DNA of 60,000 bases, taken from Lama glama (lineage: Eukaryota). Both the position numbers and the translations under genes were made by a program. Under the pieces are notes generated by a model. That model saw only the letters and a program-made list of their open reading frames with translations. It did not search any database and was not told the origin of the DNA. The stretch is from NCBI GenBank assembly GCA_028534125.1, contig CM052818.1:7504001-7564000 (forward strand), in the 5' to 3' direction. Shown one piece after another: positions 24,774-37,720 of the stretch (the first letter of the stretch is position 1; every line of letters begins with the position of its first letter).

Positions 24774-24786
24774 AGAACTGGAGGAG
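24771..24786 (+). repeat. 3' target-site duplication of the 7SK retrocopy
   Basis: caaagaactggaggag; first 3 nt (caa) overlap the end of 7SK homology. Confidence 0.9.
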
Positions 24787-24899
24787 GGGAGAGGAACACC
24801 ACTGTACCAAATACAGCCCCCTCCCTTTTTCCTGAAGCCTGCTTGTCCCTTTCTCTCCAACGCTCTTCGGTTCCCAGAGAGCAGAGGCTCCTGGGAAAC

Positions 24900-25400
24900 A
24901 GGAAGTAGCGAGAGGCCTGTGAGAAAACCCCCAGATGAGGATCGGCAATAAATCTCACCCGCCAACAGTTTGGTCAGAAGAGGTAAATTCCCCGCCAGCC
25001 CTCAAAAACAGTCCCTCAAGAAAGCTTAGAGAAGGTTAATTTGGGAAATCCCCTCAGAGGCCGCAGAACAGAAACGGAAATCTGCTTCTTGAGAGAAATC
25101 TGAAAGCAGTAAGCCAATTAGCGGCCGCCCGGGGAGCGCTCTGTGAGAAGCCGCACTGCTGCTCCCACCCGGCTTCCCCCTTTTCATCCTGATCCTGAGG
25201 GCAACCCTAGAGGGACCCGGTTGTCAGAGCCACTTGACACCCACTCTTCCCAGGTTCCCACCCCAGGGGGCTGAAAGCAGCTCCCAGCCTCTCGACTTGA
25301 ATGTCTGGTAAGCCAGGCTTGCTTCCCGTTAGGATCCCCTGTAAACCCTCTCCTCCGTACCCTTGGTAGGATCGCCAGCTACCACTGTCATTCTGTGAGT
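24900..25400. promoter_or_regulatory. CpG-enriched promoter-like segment
   Basis: Raised CpG and GC; CCCGCC boxes (24958, 24991), AGCCAAT box (25112-25118), GCGGCCGC (25121-25128), + strand donor CTG|gtaagc at 25307/25308. Confidence 0.55.
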
Positions 25401-27377
25401 TTCCTTTAGAGCCTTGCAGTAACAAACCCATCAGGTTTTACTGGGTTCTAATCTGAATGTGACCTTGGGGTCACATTTCTTAGCTGCTGCTAAGCTCCAA
25501 GAGACTGGGAGGAATCCTTCCCACAAGGAAAGGAAAAAAAAATCACATAAGCCTTGTCCTTTGAAGGGCTTAGAATGGAATATCTGCCAATGAGTGGTAG
25601 CAGAGAAAATACATAAACACTACTGGAAAGGGGCCTGGGGGGTGGGAGGACTATTGGCTCTATGGCTTCCTGATTGTTACATGTATTTGAGGCCCAGGTC
25701 ACCCAGTTCCCCACACATCATTCCTGTTCACATAGGACTTTCACTGGGTGTTTTTTTGATCTGTGGTTTTAAATGACCATTTCAGGAAGATGACAAAAAA
25801 ATAAGATTTTAGTAGAAGAGAGAGGAAAATAGACAGCTAAAACTTTCTTTACTATATGCTTACCCAAAATAGATGTTGAATTTTGGAAAAGAGAAATTTT
25901 TAAGGGAGTAAGTACTCTAGGTTTAAAGTCCTATAAAATACTACGCTCTGCTGGAGTGTGTGTCCTTTTACATCATAAGGACCTCACCATCGTATGATTC
26001 ACAATTACACATTTCCACTTTAAAATACTTTTTGACTCCTAGACAACAACCCTGCCAAAAATTTCTTTCCTGGTACCTTCAAACAAACATGATTCTTAAT
26101 AACTTCAATTCATGTGGCTTTGTTAAGATTCTTTTTCCAAAAAATTGTAGATTCTTAGCCACCTGTTTCTCTCCATGCTGGGAATAAGCCAGAAAACTCC
26201 TTTTTGGGTTTACATGTTTCCAGGCAATTAGAATAAATTCATTCTGCATACACAAATAATAATTACAGTAGTTACATTTAAATAGCTATCCTACTTGAAA
26301 ATTCTAGATAGTCTACATACCCTCCAAAGTTATTATTCCATATTTTCATTTGAGAGTCTAGGAGGTGTTTAATTCTCGGTTCCTAGCGAGACCAAGGAAT
26401 ATTTCTGACTTCAGGGTAAACGTTCATCTGTTCTCAGCACTACTGCAGTTATGAATGTGAAATCAATTAAATGATGATACACGTCAGAAATAAAACCAGC
26501 CCTTTAATGCAGACACAGATGAAACAGATTCCAACATGGGCCTGAGAGTAATAAATAAACTAATATAAAGGAAACCAGGGAGCAACTTTGAAGGAAGTAA
26601 GCTGTTTGCCTTTGCCCTGGAAAGTTTATAGTGTTTTAAACAATTGTAAACATGTCAGTATTCGTGGATACCGTTTCCATAGCAGCATAGCAACAGTTAA
26701 GAGTTTCTCCAAACATACCCAAAAGGAAACTAAAAATAGCCTGTCTTCAATATCAAAACACGTACATATACATATTCAGACAACAGTACATAAAATGTTG
26801 TGTGATTAGAAGTTCTGCAGACACCAACCATTTACAAGAGCACATTGCAGTTGACTTTAAAAGCCAATGAGTTCAGTTCCTGTAGAAATGGGTAGGGACC
26901 AAAGAGTCCAAGAGAGGGAAAGGTGGACACCACCTTGAATTCTAAGATCAGAGGCTCATGACCCCAAATGCCTCCAACCATTGTTTTGTCTGCTCCACCT
27001 GACACTTCCCTGGCCCCCAAGGGCTCCTGTGTCCTAGTCACCTTTGGCTCCTACCAAAACGAGTTGAGTTTATGATACATACTATTATCTCCATTTACTG
27101 CAATATTTTCTCATCTTTTTAAGTTTGCCAGCAAATTTATTTCATCCTCCCAACAGAGACTGAATAGTAGTTGCATTTAAAAAAAATAATGTAAAACCAA
27201 ATGCCACACTTTACCAATGAATTTACTTTAGTGGACACACAGTGACAAGAAGAGTGATTCCAAACTGAAGACACAGTATCAGTACACTTTTTGGACCTTC
27301 ACTGTTTTGTACTTTTTATTTATATTGAAGAATTACAAGTATTTCAAAAACATCATCTAGTGGGAAATATTATTGCT

Positions 27378-27508
27378 GGGGCATATATAATTTATCAGCT
27401 AAACTGGGACACTTTTGAGAATGAAAGGCGGTGTTATTTATAATTACATTGGGGAAACAAGTGTAAACCAAGATTGCCCCAGGCAGGCCCAGATAAATGG
27501 TCACACGA
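27378..27508 (+). mobile_element. MER94 (hAT-Blackjack)
   Basis: atataatttatc...aaactgggacacttttgagaatgaaagg...gtaaacc...atggtcac matches the MER94 consensus along its length. Confidence 0.8.
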
Positions 27509-28399
27509 TATTATATACTAAGTATCTTGAGGGTTGGGGTGATGTTTATTTATTTTTGTATGTTAGCACCTATTAAAAAAAAGAATTCAATAAATGCTTG
27601 TTAAGTGAATGAATTTTATAATTGGATTATATTTTTGTAAAGCTTTTGAAAATTATAAAATCTATTTCTACACATAGTACTAAGCTGAGTGTATTTCTTT
27701 TTTTATTTCAGTCCACAGTCTATGCATTAGGGTTAAATGAAATCTAACATAGCTCTGAGATGAATCTTCTTCATCCTCTGATCTTCCCCTTGAAAGTAAA
27801 GAGGATAAAAATGGAAATACATCTATGAGTCATAAAAATAATTCTCTCAGTGTGAGATGGTTTATGAAAGCACTAAAGAAGGGTTAGAGTATAGATTCAG
27901 ATAAGAAGCAATTTCATAATCTCTACAATGGTTATTATCTTGGTTTCATTTTCTCTGCCAGGAATGTTGGCCACTAGGGAGAAACACCAAACAAGCATTG
28001 AACGAGTACCCTCCCACTAGGAAGAAAGCTATTTGTCTTTCATGGTGAGTTGAGAAGAGTACTAGCCATCAGTGAACTCCCAGGAGTAAAGGTAAGAGCC
28101 TCTTCAGTTTCTACCAGGATCTCCCAGGAGCATAATGTGTGCCTTACACAAGTCATTTTCCCATTTGATGGACCGCCAGTTCTTGGTTTATAAGCTGCAT
28201 GAAAGTATTGCTGTGGAAAGTAATCATAATACTTAAGAGAAGCACTTAACAGTTCTTCTATGGAAAGCACTATAAATCTCCCTGCCCCCACTGTGGAGAG
28301 GCCGCAGAATTAGGGAAGTGATATTGCCTATCTTTGGGACCTCAGGATCTCAGCCTGCAGTTATGCTGTTTGTTTGGGTTTGCGAGCCACATTGTCTTA

Positions 28400-28545
28400 T
28401 ACAGTGTTGCCTAAACTTTTGGGGCTCTGGTTTCTTCATCTTTCAAAGAAGGAGAATAATCATCATACCTTCTTAAAGGGTTGTTTGTGAGGGTTAAATG
28501 ATGTTCATGTAAAACACCTGGAATATGAAAGTGAGCTATTATTCT
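28400..28545 (+). mobile_element. MIR fragment
   Basis: ctctggtttcttcatct...agggttgtttgtgagggttaaatga. Confidence 0.65.
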
Positions 28546-28778
28546 TACCCAGCTTAATATTTCTTTGGGCATTTGACAATAGCTCTATTGGAAAAATTTT
28601 TTAATTAAAGGCAAAAATTATGCTTTTATGTTTTTAATTCAAATAAACCTAAATGTGTGTACCTAATGCCAGAAGTTTTTTAGGCCTAGGCCACTTATAA
28701 TCTCAATCTACATCCTGTTCTTTTATCTCTCTCCCCAGAATTTGTTTGTTACTCTAACACCAAGGGGACTTTGTATTC

Positions 28779-28805
28779 TATGATTATGATTATGATTATG
28801 ATTAT
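28779..28805. repeat. (TATGAT)n microsatellite, 4.5 copies
   Basis: Read directly. Confidence 0.9.
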
Positions 28806-29919
28806 TTCATTAATTCCATAAAATCCAAGCCAGTTTGTGTGCTGGACCATAACTAGTCACTTCATTTCAGGGGAAGCTGAAAGCCTGCACCAAGAGAATG
28901 ATACCACTTCTTTAATATCTAATTTAGAGACTAAGAAAGCTACAGAGAAGTGAATTTCTTTACAGAATTACGTAAGGTTTTATATGTAGTGAATTTCTGG
29001 TGTCTGAGTGGAGGGGGTTGGGAAATGGGCCCTTTATAAATATCAAACCATGTTGTTATCTGCAGAGAGTGTGCCAGTTGGTTAAATAGAGCCAAATTCT
29101 GTTCAGTTTGATAATTACCGAATTTGACATTCACAGAGGTTCTTTTTTAATTCTGGAAATAAGAAATCTACAAACTCATTAAATTATGAAATGTTTCAAC
29201 CCTATTATCCAGATACAATTACTCCATGGACTCCACTGTTGAAGGAAGTCTTTGGGACAGCTTCTGATGTTTAGAAAGACCCAACAATGGGAATTTGACT
29301 CATATAAAAGCCACCACAGTGTGGTTTAAAATATGAAATTGAACATTAATCCATCTGATTGAGAGTTATAGTTAATGATTCTAAGGAAAGATATTGGGAC
29401 TCACACGCAACACACAGTCTTCTGTTAACAAATCTACACTGTATTCAAAGTGAAGAAGGGCAGAGGAATCAGGATCCAAACCTGTTTAAGACTATTTGGA
29501 GGGGGGTAAGAGAATTGGCTACAATATCTGTCTGTTTCTTTTGAGTAATAATAGTAATAATTCATATCTAGCAGTGTTACCATTTATTGCTTCCTTGGCC
29601 ACACCAAGGGAAATCTAATTATTTCCTGTGAAATAGGAGTTTCTAATGAAGCTTTTATTTCTTAATGCATTTAATAAACTATAAAGGTCTAAGTGGCACC
29701 TAGATTTTCTTAGAGTCTTTAGAAACCTTGGCTTCTTCACATCCTACCTGAAATGTTCACATGCTAATAAATGGAACCAGCATAGCAGAGTGAAAGTTCT
29801 TGGTGCTAGGAGTTGGAGAAACAGGTTCCTGTCACAATTCTGTGACTTACTATCTATGAACCTGAGCAAGTCATTTGGCAGTGAAATGTTGTTGGAGAAC
29901 AGCATGGTCTCAACATGGA

Positions 29920-30075
29920 AATTAACATGGTCTCCAAATATCACCGCACAGAGTATTTCTTAATTACAAAGGGAGAAAGATGCCTGTACTTTGGAGAAAC
30001 CTGGTAGACACTACCTTAACCTAATGATCAAACTCAACATTGCCAATAATTGGCAAACTGACATGATGTGACCCC
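29920..30075 (+). mobile_element. Old L1 (L1MC/MD-like) 3' fragment
   Basis: ttaattacaaaggg...tggagaaacctggtagacactaccttaacc...tgatcaaa. Confidence 0.65.
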
Positions 30076-30879
30076 ATTCCAAGACCATAGCAGATACCAT
30101 TAATCGTTCTCAGCACAGTTTCTCATGGAGCCAGGGCACAGCCTTAGAATCTTTCTTAGGATCATCTGCATCATCCTGGAGAAAGAGTTGGAGAACTGAA
30201 ACATAATGCTGATGACTCCCAGTCTGGCCAGCAAGTACTGGACACAATATAAAGTGGTGCCATCTCTGCAGTGATGGGGACCTTCAGTACATTGCCCAGG
30301 TGACTCTGAGATCCTTAAGTAGATGAAGGACTAAAGATCCTGGGGCCTTGCAGATGGGATAGTCAAGATGGCTCAACCACCTGGGGAGAAAATTGTGTGT
30401 GCTTGTTTCATCCAAAAGAAGAAAAGAAAAGGGTGTTCCTAATTGGTCAGGACGACCAAGTGAGATACAGCTTATTTGCTATCACAGATTATTTGTGGTA
30501 ACTGAGGTATCACTCTCTACAGCTATCTCACTTAGCTGATTAGGGTCACACTTTCATATCCCATGGAAGGAAAATTTGCTGTGGGAAAGTAGGCTCTGCC
30601 CAGTCCAGTCAGGCTTCAAAATTATCTTCCAAATTAAAATTTGTTCATTTGAATACTCCTAATGATGGCAAGTAGACATCTTTAAAGGCTGAATTTATGC
30701 TTAAATATCACCTTTCCCATTTAACAAACTGGTTTCTTCTGATTATTTCTCTAGCTCAGCTTCTTACCTGTTTCGTTTATACCACTTATCCCCACTGGCA
30801 AGTATTTTTCAAATTTCTTTGTTACCGTGATATTGTGGGGGTGGTTTTGGTCTGTCTTTCTTATTATAACATCAGCATC

Positions 30880-30998
30880 AACAGAGCAGGGACTATTTCT
30901 GTTTTGTGCATCACTGAATCCCCAACTTCTAATACATAGCCTGGCACAAGGGGCACTGAGTGGATATTTATTAATTAAATGAATCAATGGATGAATGA
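30880..30998 (+). mobile_element. L2 3' end
   Basis: gcagggact...cactgaatcccc...gcctggcaca...atgaatcaatggatgaatga. Confidence 0.8.
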
Positions 30999-31149
30999 TT
31001 AAATTAGTTTTTTTTTAATATCCCAAATTATTTAAGTTAAATCCAAGGGGAAGAAAACAAGTAATCAATCTTCTGTGTCATGGCTAAAAATTGAGGTAAA
31101 ATGCTAAATATTTAGTCATAAGTGGTTCACAAACCTTAACCCTGGTTCT

Positions 31150-31290
31150 AAAGGCAACTCTGAAACAAAAATTTCCAAAATGCTTTGAGCAGTGCTTTGC
31201 TAGGATAAGTATATATGTCTTCCAATATGACTCTTCGAAGGATAAATACTAATTTGAATGTATAAGTTGTGTCATTTTTTAAAGCAAATT
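31150..31290 (+). mobile_element. Mariner-derived fossil (MARNA-like)
   Basis: ttccaaaatgctttgagcag...ataagtatata...ttcgaagg...atttgaatgtataagtt. Confidence 0.55.
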
Positions 31291-34200
31291 TTATTATTGC
31301 CTCAGAGTCCTGCATACCTTGAATATCTTACATAACACACGGAAAGGAATGTTCTCTCTATAACCCTTGCTTTAGAAAGCTCTCTGGTTGTCAGCTGAAG
31401 CTCATGAACAAAGTGTTCTTTCAGTGCTGAGCAAGACCACAGCTGAATAGCAGATCAGATTAACCAATGCCACCGTAGCTGTAATGACATCCCTAGAAAC
31501 TTGAGAGTTCTCACTGAAAGAACAAAGATCAATATTTAGTTTCTTATATCCCTTCTGGGCGATCCATCACTTTTATGGCCTCCTGTTCTGCCAGTTCCCT
31601 CACCCCTAACTCCAGTTTGCTCTTTTGGGAAAATAGACTAGAAATAATAGAAATGCAAATGTAGAGGCGCTTTCAATAAAATATAAAGTTTGAATCACAA
31701 TACTTATGTTTTGTTAACACCAAGATTTGGCTTTTTTAAATCTTTTGCTATTGTATTTTTGAACATTTCAATGTATTTTTAGTATGAACCAGGTGGACTT
31801 TACTCTTTACTAACTTCCTTTCAGGTGAAAGGAAGAAGCAAAAATTACCTAATTACTTTATATCCCTGTTGTTCACTGAAGCCTGTAGTACTAAGCATGG
31901 CACAGTCTAACTCTTGGTTTCAACTATTCCCACATTTAACACACTGCTGCCAAGGCTTCAACTCACACAATACACCTACCTCCCAATTTTCACACATTTA
32001 GTTTAATTTTTTAATCAAGCAAAGAAGAAATTTAAGACTAGTTTTGGAATAATAAGACCAGTTTTGTCTACCAGAATATTTTGGAATTGGAGCTGGTGGT
32101 GTAGTTTGGGAGTGTTGTTAATAGGCAGGGTAATGTGGTACAGTACCACATTCAGTGAGGAGCGAAGCTCAGTCCTGGTCACCATCTACCTTTTCTGATT
32201 ACAGTGCATCCATTAACATCACCAAGAGGATGCTAAGTTAAGAAATAGCAAAAGATTATTGCCAGGGTAAAAATGGAAGTTATCTGTCATATGGAATATG
32301 TTGAACGAATGACCAGTATCACTGGAGCGAGGCCACAGTCAGAGGATGATGGGACAGGGCCAGTGAGATTTGTAAAAGAGCCAGGTAGTACACAGCACGG
32401 AGTATGACAAGACTTCCCATCCCGTGCTTCTGTGGTGGGTGCGAGGGAGAGCATAGAAAATGACAGATTTAATGGTTGCAAGCTATTGCCTCTGCAGCTT
32501 AGACATCACCAAGGACCTTTTCCTCTAGTTTATGAGTAATCATTTTTATGTTTTGTCTTTTCCCCATAAACTTATTGTATGTGGAAATAAGTCCTCTGGT
32601 CATGATAATAAGAATCACACACGCATACACATACACAAAAACACCTAACAATTTTTTTCACCTACTGGAGCATATTTTCATTTTTTTTCTTGATAAAATT
32701 AATTTTTTTTATTACTCACTTCTCAGGAGCCTAACCATCCTGTCAAACAAGACAGTTAAGAGTGTCCTGCCCAAGGTGCCTGGGTATTAGGTCGTTGGAG
32801 CCTCTGGGCATTTGTATCACTTTGGCTCCAGCACAAGCTTTCCTTTCTATCCCTTCCCACATCCTATCCCTTACACCCAACCAGCATGCCTATCTCCAAG
32901 GGCTCTGGAACTCCAAAATGACCCTACCCCTTTCTTCCAGCATTTCCAAAAGAGTCCAGCCACGTGAAGGGTCCAGCCTGATGCAAAAACGAGAAGTGGA
33001 AGTGTTCCTTTGCATCTACCCTATTTGCACCTTTCTGGGGCTCCATCAAGGAAGAGGGGGCAGGCAGGGGCAAGTGGTTCTAGGGTTGTAGGAACATGAG
33101 AATCTTTGTTGGATCATCTCTTTCTTTGAGTTCAGTCCACCTCCTGACAACAATTCCATTATGGAAGGAGGAAGATGAATTTGGGGTGGTCACTCAGCCA
33201 TTTCTGCCATGCAGAATTTCAGACTCCCTACCCTGGGTGTGCTTATGCTTTATTTCTAGACCCACTTAAACTGAGGTTGGAATGGCCCCAAAATATTCAG
33301 GATCTCATGGTTTGGTTTTATTTTTGTTGTTGTTGTTGATATAGATCCTACTGACTCAAATAACAAGGCATCATCAGCTATTTAGAAAATTGCCCTGTTC
33401 CTTGTTTAAGATAGATGTCTACCCGTCTATCATGTTCCAAAGACCAAGTGTGTAATTTTATTTCTTGATAGTCCAGAAGGGAAAACATTAGAAATGATTT
33501 TCACAGGTTGCCTATTAATTTTCCTTTTCCACCTTGGGGTTACACAACCACTAACACAGTTGTGTTTGTCTCCAAACCCCTGAATTTGCACATGCAATCA
33601 TTTAGTTGCCTGACTACCCCCATGAAAAGAACAACAACCGGTCATGTGCAAGCACAGATTTGTGAGTAGGAAGAGGGACCTCACCCAAATTAGGGAGCAC
33701 ATATATAGACTAAAACTGAAAATTGGCCTCAACGATCACAGAAAGCTAGTTGGAAGTATGTAGTTGCTTCTGCAGTCAACTGATAACCCTTTACCACCAA
33801 ATCTCACAACTAATTGCGACCACCAACTCCGTAGCACAGGCCTGCTACTTCAGCTTCTCTAAACCAGCTGATAGTTGCCCAGATGCACAGAATGTTGGCC
33901 AGGAGCTCATCCACAGCCATAGCCTAGGGCTCCAAGAGAGCTTTCCTGAATTGCGCAGTCACATTCTGTCTTGCACCTTGGTTTATATACAATTCTTCTC
34001 TCTTCTTCTAGATAATAAATTCCTTGTGAGAAGAACCTATGTTATGCTTAATGTCCCACAACACTTACCCAGCACATAATCAATGCTTAATATTTACTTG
34101 TTGATTTGAATTAGGTCAAGTCACAGATGAAGCTGGGCCCAAACCTGCAGCTGAGGCCACATTCAGATGGTGCTTCCACTAATTAAGCTGCTAGACGCCC

Positions 34201-34684
34201 ACGTTACATTTGCTAGGTCGGGTGCCTCCAGACTGCTAATTCCCTTCCTACGTACCCTCCACTTCTGTCTTCCTTTTCACCAGAGATGCTGATGTCATTG
34301 AATCTTGCTTCTGCAGCATCATGTGCTAGAAGAGAAACTTGAGAGGGAAAGGGAAATCTTTATCCAGACCTCACCCTCAGCTTCCTTTTTTCCTTTCTTG
34401 ATTTCCATCTTGGTTGTGTGGCAACCGTAGGAAGATGTTTTGGAGCTCACTGTAAGGTTCCTGAAAATGTGAGGAATCTCTCATAAACCTCTGGGCCTCT
34501 TCTGTAGTCTCTCCTTATCCTCACATTCAGACGTCACTTTGTTTCCTCCAATTCTTCAGAAAATTGGAGTCTAAGCCCAGACAGGCCTATAAGATTTCTG
34601 TATTGTGAGACTTTACACATCTCGGTAGTGTCTGTGAAGAAACCAGATTCTTGAACTTACAGCAAAGGAAGAGGAAGGAACCAT

Positions 34685-34870
34685 GGGGAGCAGTGATGTG
34701 GTGGAAAGAACCAGTCAGGCAGGAGTCAGAGGATCTTAGGTTTGATACCTGGCTCTATTCCTTTTCACCTGACTAACCCTGGACAAGCCAGGGCACCCAT
34801 CTGGATCTCACTCCTCAGTACAGAATGAGTGGGCTCAGTTAGACTCCCTCTAATGTCTTCTCCAGGCCAG
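34685..34870 (+). mobile_element. MIR (MIR3/MIRc-like)
   Basis: gcagtgatgtggtggaaagaac...ggagtcagagg...cctggctct...ggacaagcc. Confidence 0.65.
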
Positions 34871-35279
34871 GAAGTAGGAGTCACTACTATGGCACACAGT
34901 GGTCATTTTAACGGAGCCACCATCTCCAGTCGGCCAGAGATGTGGTTTTTCAACCCAAGCTTCCGTGTCTTAAAACGATCACGTTAGCTTTAGTTTCACC
35001 TTATCCGCTTCTGTTTATAATTCCCTCTGGTCATTTCTGTCCTTTCATTTAAAAAATCAGGAGTCTTGCATTAGAGGGGGTGTGGGGAAGTAAGGCCTCC
35101 TTCACATCAGCTCCCAGCAGGGGCCACCCAGAGGGAGCAGCTAGAGGTCAGGGGCCCCACTGGTGACTTGCAGTGATGGAATCAAGGGCCCAAGGAAGAG
35201 ATAAAGGTCTGGGGGTGGGAAGAGGGGTAGGGAAGATATAATGGGGACAATTAAGTAGCTGACAGGAGGCCAGTTCCCT

Positions 35280-35465
35280 TTGTGGTTCTCAAAGTGTGGT
35301 CCCCAGAACAGCCCCACCAGCATCACTGGGAACTTACTAGAAATATAAATTCTCAGATACCCCCTCCAGACCTACTGAATCAGAAACTCTGGGGGTGGGG
35401 CCCAAACATCTGTTTGAACAAGCCCTCCAGGTGGGTCTGAAGTTAGTCAAGTTTGAGGGCCACTG
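35280..35465 (+). mobile_element. MER5A (hAT-Charlie), full length
   Basis: gtggttctcaaagtgtggtcc...cagacctactgaatcagaaactctgggggtggggccca...agtttgagggccactg. Confidence 0.9.
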
Positions 35466-36439
35466 AGCAAGCTGAAGGTGACCCCAGGGAGTGAGGAGCC
35501 ACCCTTTGAGTGATAAAAGAAAGTAGAAAGCGGGGGCTTCATAAATGAAAATTTTCCACTCTAGTTCTTAGTCATCTTCAAAATTTTTCTTTTAGATCTT
35601 AGTAGTATAAACATTGCTCATTTTCACAGGGGAGAAAAACAACACAGCAGTCAAATTTGCTGAGTACAAAGTGAAGGGAAGTCTGCACCAAGGTGGCTAG
35701 TTAAGGCCATGTAAGTAACTAAGGCAGACAGGTCAAGGGCAGTAAATCTCAGACTTGTCTTGGCTGGTTCTGCTATCTTCACCGATCACCTAAAGCAAGC
35801 AATCAGCACTCCTTTATTTTTTGCTGTGTAGACACTGTTCATAAAGTATTCCTAATCTATACCAGAAAGATTAAGTTATTTACTCAAGTCCATACGTAGG
35901 GAAACTGAATTACCTATTCAGGATTACACCATCACCAATGGGCAAGATCCAAACTCCAAGGTTCTGCCACGAAACTTGCAAAGTATCAAGTTCAACTTCT
36001 TCCTCTTTTAATTCTTTCTCTCTTTATGAAACATGGTAATTTAACTTATAACTCTTTTTCTACTTATGAAGCTTTCACAGTATTTGTCCTGAAAACATTT
36101 CTTTTTAATAAGATAAGAGCAAAATTCAGACTGAATACAAACCCTTGGGTAACAACCCACTTCAGTTAACCCATTTTGCTCCTTAGGCCACTGCCAGGTA
36201 TATGAGCTTGAAAAACCCTAGATTAAAACTGAGTTTCCCTATGATGCTTTTCTCAGAGTTAATTTCCGTCCAGGAACCTATTAATCATAGACTAATTATA
36301 GAAGCCACTATATAATAATTACTTTCCAGTAACTCCAGCTCTAGTTCCTCCCTAGGTTACACTATGAAGGTAGACTCCAGTGAACACACACCAAGGATTT
36401 TTTTTCCTAACCAAAATTCGCCAAGTTTGTTGTGATTTA

Positions 36440-36659
36440 AAAAAATTTTTATTTGAAGTGCAGTTGGCTTACAACATTATATTAATTTCAAGTATACAAC
36501 ATAGTGATTAGATATTTTTATAAATTAAACACCATATAAAGTTATTATAAAATATTGGCTATACACTCTGTGCTGTACATTACATCCTCATATTTATTTT
36601 ATACCTAGTAGTTTATACCTCTTAATCCCATGACCTATCTTGCCCCACTCCTCCCCACT
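36440..36659 (-). mobile_element. 5'-truncated L1 3' end with TSD
   Basis: ttacaacattatatt...tacaacatagtgatt...gtgctgtacattacatcc; TSD gtttgttgtgattta (36425-36439) / gtttattgtgactta (36660-36674). Confidence 0.85.
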
Positions 36660-36998
36660 GTTTATTGTGACTTATGTTTTGGATTAAATAATTACGCATC
36701 TGTATTATTCTGGTTTTACATCTCAAATGACCTCGTATCAAGTGTTTTGACTCCCTTGGTAAGATAGGTAGCGAAGATTAACCTAAATGGTTATTGAGTC
36801 CCCTCTCACCCCAGGATTTAAATAATAAAAATCAAAAAAATTTTTTTACGTTGTTATCCCCCTTCTACTGGGCCAGCTAACATCTCGCATTTACAATAAT
36901 TTCTCCCCTGTGTTTCTCAAAAGCACATTCTGGCCTAGATCAGATGTTGAATTTCAAGTCCTGTGAAGTCTTGACCATGTAGTTATTTGGAAGCTTAC

Positions 36999-37131
36999 CT
37001 CACTTTTCTTCTTCTCATGGGCTTTTTGATCAGATCCTGCTGTAAATTGGTACAGAGGCCTGCCCCAGGCCAGCATGCTCTCTCCCAAAGCTCAGATGCA
37101 GGCTGACCCAAGACCTAATGAGAAGGTATTC
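36999..37131 (-). other. Candidate spliced exon (133 nt)
   Basis: Strong minus-strand acceptor gttcctttcttctgcag| and donor GAG|gtaagc; stops in all three through-frames. Confidence 0.35.
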
Positions 37132-37539
37132 CTGCAGAAGAAAGGAACTGCTCTTGAGTTGTGCATGCTCTTCAGGCTTTGCAACCAAATGTTTTGTAAA
37201 GTTCCTTAATTGCCTTTTTTTAAACAAGTGAGAGAGTGAGCCATTAAGCATCCTATTATATTACCAAGTGAGGGCAGATGTAAGGAAAGCCTTTTTTAAG
37301 AATTCTTCTTGTTGGTTGTAACACTGAATTAGCCAAATAATTCACATCTAGCGGCAGATGTAATCCTTCTTAAGAAAATTTCTTAAGCATCTCCAGCCTT
37401 TCCGAGCACAGACGTACATGATTTTACTCAAAACTATTAAGTGATATGCAGTGGAACCTCTATGTTCCAGAGTAACCATGTCTTGATACAAACTGTAGAC
37501 AAGCTAATCAAATCACATCATAAAAGTAAGCCTGAGCTA

Positions 37540-37720
37540 GATAATAAGAGCTAATGTTTGTTGAGTTTTATTTTTCTATGGGCCAGGTGCAGACTTAAGT
37601 GTTTTCCATGTATTCATTTAGACTTCTTAACAACCTGATGACATTTTATAAAGGAGGACAGTGAGACCCAGAAGAGTTAACTTGCCCAAGGTCATACTGC
37701 TGGTGAGTGGCCAGGTCAGT
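37540..37720 (-). mobile_element. MIR SINE
   Basis: agctaatgtttgttgag...gttaacttgcccaaggtcatactgctggtgagtggc. Confidence 0.75.

Noticed and set aside
31825..31910. Coding exon resembling AKAP7 (KKQKLPNYFISL)
   Set aside because: Similarity is a few residues only and the frame stops within ~30 codons
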